Source: Candidatus Thorarchaeota archaeon
Lineage (GTDB): Archaea; Asgardarchaeota; Heimdallarchaeia; Hodarchaeales; Hodarchaeaceae
Length of the DNA stretch: 32,000 nt
Assembly: GCA_048882505.1 (NCBI GenBank)
Contig: JBHLRO010000022.1
Location: 31,362 to 63,361, forward strand
Direction: 5' to 3'
Shown here: positions 18,838 through 27,935 of the stretch, piece after piece
Numbering within the stretch: the stretch's first letter is position 1
Layout: every line of letters begins with the position of its first letter
Notes under the pieces: model-generated
Database searches by the model: none
What the model was told of the DNA's origin: nothing
What the model saw: the letters and a program-made list of their open reading frames with translations, nothing else
Translations under genes and position numbers: made by a program

Positions 18838-19665
18838 ATGTCACAAATGCGCTTAATTGATGAGGACGAGCAAGAGATAAGTTTCCAAAGTCAGAAAATA
18901 AAACGAAAAATCGTAGTTCTTTCTGGCAAAGGAGGAGTAGGTAAATCGACTGTAGCCACCAATCTTGCTCTCGCATTTGCCAAGAAATTTGGGAAAGGAA
19001 AAGTTGGAATCATTGATTTGGATCTCTCTGGCCCAAATATCCCCAAAATGCTTGGCATTGAGGATAAGAAAGTACAAGCTGCAGTTAAATCTCCTGTGGA
19101 AACAGGAAAAGAGCTATTAGAGCCTGTAGAAGGACCGTTGGGACTCAAAGTAGTATCCATGGGATTTTTTTTGGAAACTCGTTCTACGCCAGTAGTTTGG
19201 CGTGGTCCCATTAAAATCAAGGCACTTCGACAATTTATGGACGATTTCGATTGGGGTGAGTTGGAGATACTAATCTTTGATATGCCCCCAGGGACAGGCG
19301 ATGAAGCACTATCCGTTATGCAACTCCTACCAGAGATGGATGGTGTAGTAATAGTAACTACTCCCCAGGAGGTTGCTCTCTTAGATACGGGAAAATCGTT
19401 AACCATGTCCCGGGAAATGCAACGCCCAGTGATTGGTATCGTAGAGAATATGGCGACTTTTCAGTGTCCCAATTGTGGTACCCAACATCCCATCTTTGGT
19501 GAAGGGGGCGGTCAAAGGCTCGCAAAAGAGTTTAATACCGATTTGCTTGGCCAAATTCCTCTAGATCCCGTTATTCGGGTAAAGGAAGATCAAGGAATAT
19601 CCAAACCATTTGATTATTTCGTTCCCATTGTAGATCGGATACTTGAGAAGATTGACTCTGCTTAG
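18838..19665 (+). CDS. mrp: Mrp/Nbp35/ApbC family Fe-S cluster carrier ATPase
   Basis: Deviant Walker A SGKGGVGKST, VVWRGP, DMPPGTGD, IVVTTPQ and ENMA.FQCPNCG. Confidence 0.95.
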   Translation: MSQMRLIDEDEQEISFQSQKIKRKIVVLSGKGGVGKSTVATNLALAFAKKFGKGKVGIIDLDLSGPNIPKMLGIEDKKVQAAVKSPVETGKELLEPVEGPLGLKVVSMGFFLETRSTPVVWRGPIKIKALRQFMDDFDWGELEILIFDMPPGTGDEALSVMQLLPEMDGVVIVTTPQEVALLDTGKSLTMSREMQRPVIGIVENMATFQCPNCGTQHPIFGEGGGQRLAKEFNTDLLGQIPLDPVIRVKEDQGISKPFDYFVPIVDRILEKIDSA

Positions 19666-19955
19666 GTATCGTCAAAGGAATCTTCCTCCCCTTTTTTTTC
19701 CATTTTAAATTATTGGGACTCTAATCAATGTTAAAATTCCACAAAGACCTTTTCCGGAATCTTTTACGAGGCCCACCTACTTTCCGGAAATTTTCCCGTT
19801 GGCGTCACTCTCCGAAAATAGATGGTGTTATAATTCCAAGGTTCAATGAGTTGGTGACTTATCAAAAGTTGATTTATGATAGGCTCTAATCTTAATTTGT
19901 TGAATATGATACTGTTTCTACATATCTTGTTCGATCCTGTCGGCTTCATACCGTA

Positions 19956-20411
19956 GTGTGTACCTCCATGCCGAAGCTATTAATCTTTGAATCGGGATTA
20001 ATCAGGAACGGATTACCCCTAATTCGAAGGCAATACCTTGAGTCAGAAGATCTGAAAGCCAATCCCACTCTTGTTGGGGGATTCTTGTCGGCCATTCAAC
20101 AGTTTACAGCTGCAACGTTCAAAGATCTTCCAACTTTACTTAAAATGGAAAAATATATGGCTTGTCTCAAGAGGATCGATTGGCCTTCGGATAACGTCCT
20201 TCTATATGCTATCTGTGATGGCAAAGGTGACCCCAAGATAATCCAGAACGCCCTCGCCAAGATCACCAAGCGTTTGGTGGGATGGGAGACCGCATTGCAG
20301 AGTATAGATACTGAGGATTATAAGGGGCTTTTTCCAATCTTTGATGAAGAGTTCTCATTGTTAAACCGAAACTATGCGGATTCGTTTGTGGATTGGTTAG
20401 CGGAAGTATGA
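19956..20411 (+). CDS. Stand-alone longin-like domain protein
   Basis: IFESGLIRNGLPLIRRQY...NPTLVGGFLSAIQQFT...LLKMEKY...LLYAICD matches the Asgard longin pattern. It may start at ATG 19968. Confidence 0.7.
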   Translation: MCTSMPKLLIFESGLIRNGLPLIRRQYLESEDLKANPTLVGGFLSAIQQFTAATFKDLPTLLKMEKYMACLKRIDWPSDNVLLYAICDGKGDPKIIQNALAKITKRLVGWETALQSIDTEDYKGLFPIFDEEFSLLNRNYADSFVDWLAEV

Positions 20412-20470
20412 CCAATTAAAAAGGGATAATCGAATCCTGGACGCGATCGGCTCATTTCGGTATCGTTAAT

Positions 20471-20668
20471 CTAGTGTTTTCGAAGTTGAGTTGATGAGAA
20501 TCCTGAATATGGATTCCAATCCCTAATCTTCGGGTAGGTCTCTTCTTTTCCCTGTTGATAGCTCTGGAAAAGCTGACCCCGCCACGTCTTGCTGAAGGCC
20601 TTGATCTTACGCCTTCCAATTAGTGGATATCATAACTAGTCATGAGAAATCCCCGGTCCAAGGAAAAA
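20471..20668 (-). pseudogene. 3' remnant of a diverged DUF362 gene copy
   Basis: 20507-20668 translates FFLGPGISHD*L*YPLIGRRKIKAFSKTWRGQLFQSYQQGKEETYPKIRDWNPY, which has 37/54 identities (hand count) to the C-terminus of 21283-22428. Two Trp codons have become TAG and TGA. Confidence 0.9.
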
Positions 20669-20669
20669 A

Positions 20670-20738
20670 TACGTAGAGTCATTTATCGACTGGCTAGCTG
20701 ACCAACGTGTAAGTTGTTCATATACTGTAAAAATCTAG
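20670..20738 (+). pseudogene. 3' remnant of a diverged copy of the longin-like gene
   Basis: Reads YVESFIDWLADQRV against YADSFVDWLAEV* at the end of 19956-20411 (7/10 identical). It directly abuts the DUF362 remnant. Confidence 0.65.
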
Positions 20739-20754
20739 AAGAGAGGTTATACAG

Positions 20755-20964
20755 TTAAGTCTCCACTGGATCTTTAGGTGAAACCAAAATGCGAGACTGA
20801 AAAGCGGCGAGAAGAAGTACGGAGCCAGGTATGAGAAGTAACATACTGGTGACACCATAAATCGTTTTCACACTGATGTCTGTCAGAAATATGAGCAGGG
20901 TGTGTACCCCAAGAACCCAGAGCATAATTGCAAGGGCCAAAAAAATGTACTCTTGTCGATTCAT
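20755..20964 (-). CDS. Small two-TM membrane protein, 69 aa
   Basis: ATG start and two clear hydrophobic helices. Confidence 0.6.
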   Translation of the reverse strand: MNRQEYIFLALAIMLWVLGVHTLLIFLTDISVKTIYGVTSMLLLIPGSVLLLAAFQSRILVSPKDPVET

Positions 20965-21282
20965 AGTTACAATTCAATCAAAGATGTATTAATAGTTTCC
21001 TCTTTCGGAACTCCCATTATCACAAATATATAACTTAAATTCATGTTGTTTTTTTTCGCGATAACAGTATGTTCCCTTTGTTGGGATTTAAGTACGAAAA
21101 ACAGAGTTTATTTCCCAACTCTGAATCAGAGTAATGATGACTCATGAAAATCATTTTCTACATTTGTGGATCGTCAGGCGACGCGTCATATTCAAATTCG
21201 ATAATTGTTGTCCAAAAGAAAGAACCCATCCACTTATTCGGTAATCCCATTAAAACATCCTTAAGTGAGTCTTCTCTAGGAT

Positions 21283-22428
21283 TTAATACGGGTTCCAATC
21301 TCTAATCTTAGGGTACGTCTCTTTTTCTCCATACTCATATTTTTGAAAGAGGTGTCCCCAGTCCGTTTCTTCAAATGCCTTGATCTTGCGTTTTCCGATT
21401 AGAGGGTACCATATCCAGTCGTGATAAATCCCGGATCCAAGAATAAAGAGCTTGAAGAAAGGTGTATAGAATAATAACCAGTGGAGAGGTTTAAGAGGAC
21501 GGTATCGATAGGTAGTACTTCTCAATCTTTGATCCCAGCGAACCACCAAGCTTCGTTTTGTCTTGAATCTGAAATTCGTAACCTTAAATTGTTCTTCTTC
21601 CCATCCTATTATATCGATCTGCTCTACATCCCCCTGCCCTAAACCCTGATCATGGGCCAAAGCGATGTATTTTATTGATAGAGGATCAAAGCCCATCAAT
21701 TTTGCTGCTACCGCATCGATAGCTACCTGATCCTCGCTGGCCAGTAAAAGGTTTAACGGGCGTGGTTCCATAACGCGAGGTCCAGCACCGTCTCCAGCCA
21801 CTGTACCATCCATCACAGCTAAAAGCCCAGGATGGATTTCTTTCTGAATGGCCAAGAGATCCACAAGTATTTGATGTATAATTTTATGGCTGTGGTGACG
21901 ATATTTTGGAATTAAACCTCCAAAAGCGTTTTTAATCGCGCCTGTGGTCACAGTATGTCCGTGGGTCTTGAACGTTGGAAGATGAACCATGTTGCTATTC
22001 AGAAAGATCTCAGGAACTATAATCTGGTCTTTGAACAGTTCCCGCATCCCTGGAACGTCTGACTTTGGCTCGTAGTGCACCCATTTTTCATTGGTTAATG
22101 GTCTATATACTGTATTTTGCTTCTTGAGTATTGCCAACCATTTATTCAAGTAGGCCCCCTTATATGGATGAGTTACGACTGTTTGATTCTCAGTAGGAAT
22201 TATTTTAGCCGGGTCAAACCCATCATCAATGAATTTTTGAAGAACACCATCCAATTGCCATGGAGGGGTTGAACATGCTGGATAGAAGAGAGACCAAGAT
22301 AAATTGATTTTAAAAATCGTGTCGATTTCTTTTTTTAGAACACGTTGATAGTCGATGAGATCTAGAATCCGGGAATAGTCTGTGGTCACCTGCTGGGGGC
22401 TTGTCGATAGAATAGCAACCTTACTCAT
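21283..22428 (-). CDS. DUF362 domain protein
   Basis: Motifs FKINL, LPTFKTHGHT.TTGAIKNAFG, DGTVAGDGAGP and DQVAIDAVAAKLMG. Confidence 0.88.
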   Translation of the reverse strand: MSKVAILSTSPQQVTTDYSRILDLIDYQRVLKKEIDTIFKINLSWSLFYPACSTPPWQLDGVLQKFIDDGFDPAKIIPTENQTVVTHPYKGAYLNKWLAILKKQNTVYRPLTNEKWVHYEPKSDVPGMRELFKDQIIVPEIFLNSNMVHLPTFKTHGHTVTTGAIKNAFGGLIPKYRHHSHKIIHQILVDLLAIQKEIHPGLLAVMDGTVAGDGAGPRVMEPRPLNLLLASEDQVAIDAVAAKLMGFDPLSIKYIALAHDQGLGQGDVEQIDIIGWEEEQFKVTNFRFKTKRSLVVRWDQRLRSTTYRYRPLKPLHWLLFYTPFFKLFILGSGIYHDWIWYPLIGKRKIKAFEETDWGHLFQKYEYGEKETYPKIRDWNPY

Positions 22429-22738
22429 ATCTAAACATCGCCATATAATCAGAATGTTGTTTTATCCAAAAAGATTCCGTGAAAATTACTGAAATGAATA
22501 CTAGAAAGCGCTAATGTTTCCGCTCCTCCTCGTTCTAGAGTTAAAATATGAATATTATCTGCATTCAGGAAGGTAAATCAACAATCAAAACGGATGGTGC
22601 TGCTTCTAGAACTCATTCACTGCATTGGAGTGTGTTCTCAACCCAATGTTCATCGGGCATTTTCAAAAGAGACGAAAAGGATATGGAAAAAGGAAAAAGA
22701 GGAAATGGCTTGGCACCGCCAGCCGTTATTTATAGAAT

Positions 22739-23440
22739 TTAGGCGCCTACGGCTATTCCGCTCAGGCTGCCTCGGATTTTTAGGGGGATATTGGTAAACG
22801 CCAAACCGGCCAGGAGGATTCCAATGTTAATCACAAGGCCGCTCACAGAGGCAAAGGTCATTGGGACAAGAATGTCGTTAGTACTCAAAAAAGCTGAGAT
22901 GATGCCAATAAATCCGATGACGAGGCCCAAAATGAGGAAAAGAATTTTGTTTCGGACGTCGGGACTATCTGCACTTACCTGATAAATCTGACCAAATACG
23001 TATGCCGACAGAACTAAAGCAACAGAGACGATTAGGGCGCCAACCAAAACACTTCTACTAAGCTGGAAACTCGCCGAGAAATAGAGCAACGCGTATGCGA
23101 TCGTAAATAGTAAATAGGCCCCGAAAACGACGATGGCGAGGGGACTCCTATAGGCCCCATCACGTCCGTCCAGGATCAGCTTGCCCGCAAAAAAGATCGC
23201 CGTTGGAGCCCAGATCATAATGATGTTTCCGATAAATCCAAGAGCTTCCGCCTGAAATCCATAAAATGCCAACATACAGATAAATGATGAAACTCCGAAT
23301 AAGATTGTTGAAAAACCGAATGTTAGATTGATCTGATTTCGGTTAGATCTTAGGATTAATAGCGTCAATAAGGTGAACGCAATCCCTAAGATGCCAAAGA
23401 AAGATCCCATTAAAATGTCAACTTCAGCCATTATTTCCAC
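22739..23440 (-). CDS. Stand-alone seven-TM membrane protein (HisKA_7TM-like sensor region, no output domain)
   Basis: Seven hydrophobic segments counted in 233 aa, with a short C-terminal tail. Confidence 0.7.
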   Translation of the reverse strand: MEIMAEVDILMGSFFGILGIAFTLLTLLILRSNRNQINLTFGFSTILFGVSSFICMLAFYGFQAEALGFIGNIIMIWAPTAIFFAGKLILDGRDGAYRSPLAIVVFGAYLLFTIAYALLYFSASFQLSRSVLVGALIVSVALVLSAYVFGQIYQVSADSPDVRNKILFLILGLVIGFIGIISAFLSTNDILVPMTFASVSGLVINIGILLAGLAFTNIPLKIRGSLSGIAVGA

Positions 23441-23703
23441 ATCGATTAGGATAATTGGATAAGAAAAGGTATACCTTCATTATAAAAATGATTATACGAA
23501 AACTGATCTCAGGCGCATGAATTCTCTAGTTTACAATCTGATTTTCGTATGGGCAAAAAAATCGGATTCGGATTGCCTCCGAGAGAAATTTTAGATTTTT
23601 TAAGGTTCTTCGTAGATGGGAAGGAGATTTGAGAGTGAGGAGGATCGCTTTCTTCCTGTATACGGGATTACTACCCTGCTAGCCCATCTTTTAGGAAGAT
23701 TCG

Positions 23704-23829
23704 CTAGAGAGTCTCCAATTTTTCAATTAAGATGCTTTCAAAATCCTTGAAAATTTCGTTTACAATTGCGTACATTTTTCGTAAGTCGATTATTGTTTTC
23801 AAAAGTTGCTTTGACTCTGGTGGAATCAT
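23704..23829 (-). CDS. Small helical protein, 41 aa (not in ORF track)
   Basis: MIPPESKQLLKTIIDLRKMYAIVNEIFKDFESILIEKLETL*. It has an amphipathic pattern, a purine-rich AAGGAG..GGTGG just upstream and a TATATATAA at 23869-23877. Confidence 0.45.
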   Translation of the reverse strand: MIPPESKQLLKTIIDLRKMYAIVNEIFKDFESILIEKLETL

Positions 23830-23885
23830 TTTCCACCGACTCCTTGCTGCCGTGTTGCGCTTATGTGCTTATATATACTAGGTGT

Positions 23886-24176
23886 TTAATCCAGCCCTAA
23901 TACCGCGGTGAGTCGCCCTTGACAATAGGGACAAACTGGAGATTTAAAGAGAGTGGCCAGCGTGGCATAACAGGTTCCGCACAGACAGGTGTCACCTTGG
24001 GCACACCAATAAGCTGACTCGTGTGTGGCGTGCAGGCGTTCATCGATCTGGCAGAGGAAGGGCAGTTCCAATTTCAGGTCATCGGAGATGGTCAATTTCG
24101 GGAACCTTAATGACTGGAGGTTCTGGCTTAAGAGGTTCATTCCAACCACCTTCGCTGGATTTTTATCCTCTACCAT
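23886..24176 (-). CDS. Small zinc-finger protein with RING-like ligand spacing
   Basis: Pattern CxxD-x12-C-x3-D-x3-CxxC-x12-CPYC. Confidence 0.65.
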   Translation of the reverse strand: MVEDKNPAKVVGMNLLSQNLQSLRFPKLTISDDLKLELPFLCQIDERLHATHESAYWCAQGDTCLCGTCYATLATLFKSPVCPYCQGRLTAVLGLD

Positions 24177-24253
24177 TAGACCGAGTCCCTTTTATAAACC
24201 TGGAGTAACATCCTGACACCCTTAGATCACCCAGGGATGCTTAGGCTAGGAGC

Positions 24254-24637
24254 TCAGCGAGGTACCGCCCTACCACATTGCTCTTCGTATCTGGCCATCT
24301 CAGCTGTCGCTTCAGCCACCCACGGACACCCCCAGCGGCGTGCGTTCTCTAAAACTTCATACGCGTACTGGTTAGTGCGGCACCCCTGGCGGATTATAAC
24401 GGGCTCACAATCTATGGTTCCTTCGAACACGATTTGGCCTTCTTTGAACGTACCTTTGGGCGGTCTATCACACTGCAGTTCAAAGCGGATATCCGCAAAG
24501 ACCTTGGGAATTTGATCCCAGATTCGTTTATAGGACTGACACATTCGTTCAGGCAATGTTTGCGCAACTTCCGCACCTCTCTCGTATTGAAAGAGAATTT
24601 GGGCGTCCCGTAGGACTACTCGTTCATATTCCGGCAT
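24254..24637 (-). CDS. Hypothetical protein, 127 aa
   Basis: ATG start with GAGAGGTGG upstream; no family recognised. Confidence 0.6.
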   Translation of the reverse strand: MPEYERVVLRDAQILFQYERGAEVAQTLPERMCQSYKRIWDQIPKVFADIRFELQCDRPPKGTFKEGQIVFEGTIDCEPVIIRQGCRTNQYAYEVLENARRWGCPWVAEATAEMARYEEQCGRAVPR

Positions 24638-24811
24638 ATATCAACCACCTCTCATAAATTTGCTAGAAGAACAGGTACCTATGCGGTAAAAACCAACAAT
24701 TTGATACCTAAATATCCTTTATTGTCTGATGTGCTATATTAGCTTTACCATCCAAACATTGACATAGCGCCGAGGATTTCCACTTGCCTGTACTCTCATA
24801 ATCAACACAAC

Positions 24812-25393
24812 CTATTTTCTTTTCCTTACTTGCACAACATAATAGCTGGTCAAGAATCCTACTGATAGATATGTAGTCAAAAAAAGAAAGCCTCCTAGAT
24901 CATTAAATTGAGTTATTTGACCTAAAATACTGGGAATTAAAACTACCCAGGCACCGATTGTGATCCAAGCCATGTAATAATAAAAGGGAGTGCTGGCAGG
25001 GATCCCCGTTTCTTCAGGTCTCCAAACTTCCGAATTAAGAACATGCGCCTCTCTTATCTTGCCCTCAAGGTATCTGTATCTAATATACGCGATGAGGAAG
25101 TTTAAACATGCAGTAATGACGCACAAAAGCGCGGCCAAAAGGCCGTCATTTATTGCGGCGCTTGTGATCACCGTAGCAGGGAGTATTTCTATTAGAAGTC
25201 CTTCAAAAACATTAAATGTCGTGTAAATGAAAGATAGGAAAAATATTAGTATAAACGACCCCTCTAGGATTGAAATTGCCACACCTTGTATGGAATAAAT
25301 ACTCAACATCACCCAGATAGCTCCCATAATCATCTCCACTCCAATCAGATATTTTTGCCGTATAACCAGCGGTCCACTTCTAAGTAACCCCAT
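24812..25393 (-). CDS. Hypothetical multi-pass membrane protein, 193 aa
   Basis: About six TM segments; 3 bp downstream of the zinc-ribbon gene. Confidence 0.7.
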   Translation of the reverse strand: MGLLRSGPLVIRQKYLIGVEMIMGAIWVMLSIYSIQGVAISILEGSFILIFFLSFIYTTFNVFEGLLIEILPATVITSAAINDGLLAALLCVITACLNFLIAYIRYRYLEGKIREAHVLNSEVWRPEETGIPASTPFYYYMAWITIGAWVVLIPSILGQITQFNDLGGFLFLTTYLSVGFLTSYYVVQVRKRK

Positions 25394-25396
25394 TTT

Positions 25397-25606
25397 TTAT
25401 CTTCCTTTCCTCAAGAAGCTTCCACATTCCTCGCAGTGATATACTTTCATATAGGCCCTTGGAAATGGGATGATTAAGAACAATACAATCCTTAATAAAT
25501 GGGTAGAACTGGCTGCTGTAAATTTTCTGCAGGTAGGACATTTAATGATTTCGGGCTTAAGTGATTTCCATAACATGAGGGTAAAAGTTCCGAATCCTAC
25601 TGCCAC
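25397..25606 (-). CDS. Small zinc-ribbon protein with a hydrophobic insert (LITAF-like / zinc_ribbon_15-like)
   Basis: CPTC-x-LLRIVLFLIIPFP-x-YHCEEC. Confidence 0.65.
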   Translation of the reverse strand: MAVGFGTFTLMLWKSLKPEIIKCPTCRKFTAASSTHLLRIVLFLIIPFPRAYMKVYHCEECGSFLRKGR

Positions 25607-26391
25607 TTTTCTGGTCCCTCTTGGAGTCTCTTTTCGATAGAGGTATTGGACGACTTCTAAGCTAGGCCTAATCTAACATCCTTTTTCCATAATCCTATCA
25701 CACTTTTCAAGCAGATCGGAGAACTATTGTTATGAGTATCAACGGACTAATTACGAGTGGACTTGGTTTTCCTCAGGTCTGCTAGAATAGGGGCAGTCTA
25801 TTATAAACTTAAATGGTTTTTTTCCACGGATGACCCAGAAAAATATCTCTAGACACTTCCCATTCCTGACAGATATATGCTAACCAGCGAGCTCATACCT
25901 TCTCTCAAGTTTTACTTGCTTCTCGGGGTAAGTATCATCCTATGGGTTCTTTGCTCGCACATTTAGTATCGAAAGGGGTCATTCTTTCAGTTAATGAATA
26001 AAATAATGGCACTCTGAGGATATCCGGAATGGTGTTGTTCGATAATCAAACTTCTATATGTTAAATCAATAATCATTGGTTTTTGGACTAAACATCCGAT
26101 GTAAAAAACAAGGGAACTCACTTAGAAATACTCCAAACCTAGCATGCCTAATTCACTGCCAAACCATACACGAAGTGTTAAGGATAAACCTCAGTTATTC
26201 TAATCTTCATTTTAAGACTTTTTTCTGTTCTGTGATTGTAATAGAATTCTTTAAGACCTTTTTTCTAGACCAAATACCTGAATTGATTAAATTATGGAAT
26301 CAGAAGAAGTAATAATACCAAACACTAAAGGGTTAGTAAGGGTTTTTAACGTTGATTATGTACACACATTTCTTTATGCTGTTCTCAAAAT

Positions 26392-27237
26392 TTACTTGAG
26401 TATGTAGTTTCTTAATTTGACAAAATCGTCTTTCTCCTTTGCATATATCTCCTTATTACTGTATTCAGCTATTTTTTTGTTGAGAAACATTATTTCTTCT
26501 GCATTTGATATTTCGAATTCTACAGGAAAGAGACGTGGACTTGTCCTAGTCTTCGAGATGAGAACTGCAGCTATTTTTGGAGACAATGGAAATAGAAATT
26601 CACAAGCAATTACTTCTCCATTTATCTTTACACAGCCCTCTCCGTTAAACGATAGCACTACTGGATTATCGCTTGTAATAAAACTCTGGCTTGTCTTATT
26701 CATAAAAAGGATCATATTTTCCTCGTTTATCATATCACAGATTACCTCTTCTACCCTACTAATCTCCGGTCCTAATTTTTCGAGATAAAAGTCCGCAGGT
26801 GATCCAGTTGGATAGGGATTTGGAATAGAAGGAAAAAACTGCTGTTCTTGTAGTTTTTTCACATCAAGCTGGTTCTTAGGATTGAATATTCCCATCACAT
26901 CACGCCAATAACGACCCCGAATCCGTTGATATCCGATATAAATATACAAATCCCCTAAACCAGTGTTTAATGTCCCTCTATCTACTATCTGCTGAATAGC
27001 AGGAAAGTGCCGGTTTTCTATTTCAGACAGTAGACAATCAACTTTGTAATTTAGGAAGTGAAATTCCATTGATAGTTTATCAATTTTCTTGGGTTTGCCT
27101 ATGATATCTATCTTGCTTCTTTTTGTCTCTGCTACCCAAATCTTTCTTTTCTCTCTTTCTTGTGTGGGGTCGATTGCAAAATTCTTCAAATATGCTGCTT
27201 GCACATAATGCTGCCTTTTTTTCTCTTTTTTAGACAA
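26392..27237 (-). CDS. DUF4238 domain protein
   Basis: N-terminal RQHYVQAAYLKNFA, FITSDNPV and LFPLSPKIA are characteristic of this family. Confidence 0.85.
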   Translation of the reverse strand: MSKKEKKRQHYVQAAYLKNFAIDPTQEREKRKIWVAETKRSKIDIIGKPKKIDKLSMEFHFLNYKVDCLLSEIENRHFPAIQQIVDRGTLNTGLGDLYIYIGYQRIRGRYWRDVMGIFNPKNQLDVKKLQEQQFFPSIPNPYPTGSPADFYLEKLGPEISRVEEVICDMINEENMILFMNKTSQSFITSDNPVVLSFNGEGCVKINGEVIACEFLFPLSPKIAAVLISKTRTSPRLFPVEFEISNAEEIMFLNKKIAEYSNKEIYAKEKDDFVKLRNYILK

Positions 27238-27326
27238 GATGTTATCCTCTTCTCCCTATTGTAGTTGATTTTCAATTCGTTCACCCTCATTCTAAGTAGC
27301 AAATTTATTTACTTCATTTGAAATAA

Positions 27327-27929
27327 ATGTTGCTATTTCGATACAAAACTGTTAACAAATGGGATAACGATAAAGACCCAAGTATCCTTCTTAGGATGAT
27401 GGCCTATATTAGTTTTACCATCCTAATATTGACAATACCGATAAAGATAACCCATTACCTTTTCTTTTATACCCAGGATTCATCCTTTATAGCTATTTTC
27501 AGGTCCGTTTTCGGTTTTGTGATTTTGACATGAGGGACTGTTATGTTTTGTAATTGGTCTCCCGTACCACGCCAGAACTTGGAACATCACAATCATATGT
27601 GTACTTCACTTGATTATTTCGAGAAGATATCATCCTTTGATCCTTGGGAAAAGATAAACGCCATCATTTCCATCCTTCAGATGAACATCGGGAAATTGGC
27701 GATATTACGGCTATGGCGTAGGGGTCTCCAACCCCTTCTTTATGCTGCGTATTCACTCTTCTTGGATTATAATGGTACAATCGCCAGACAGACCGCTGGT
27801 GCCTTTATGGACGTTTTCTTAGGTTATGAACCAAGCGATCTAACGTATATAATGTATGACAAATATGAACTGGCCCTGCAGCGAGGAGAAGCTTTCAACT
27901 TCTTTGATTATGCAGAGTACTTTAGCTAG
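27327..27929 (+). pseudogene. Single reading frame interrupted by one in-frame TGA (two TM helices plus a soluble domain)
   Basis: The track ORFs 27327-27533 and 27543-27929 share one frame: ...VILT-TGA-GGG-ACT-GTT-ATG.... They could also be two separate small genes. Confidence 0.45.
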
Positions 27930-27935
27930 TCCATG

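Noticed and set aside
22739-23440. Rhodopsin assignment for the 7TM protein
   Set aside because: No retinal-binding lysine in the last helix.
25877-25966. 29-codon ORF with FYLLLGVSIILWVLCSHI, similar to YIFLALAIMLWVLGVHTL of the 69-aa membrane protein
   Set aside because: The similarity is limited to a short hydrophobic stretch and could be chance.
26211-26266. Imperfect direct repeat TTAAGAC(C)TTTTTTCT x2
   Set aside because: Only two degenerate copies, with no cas or transposase context.
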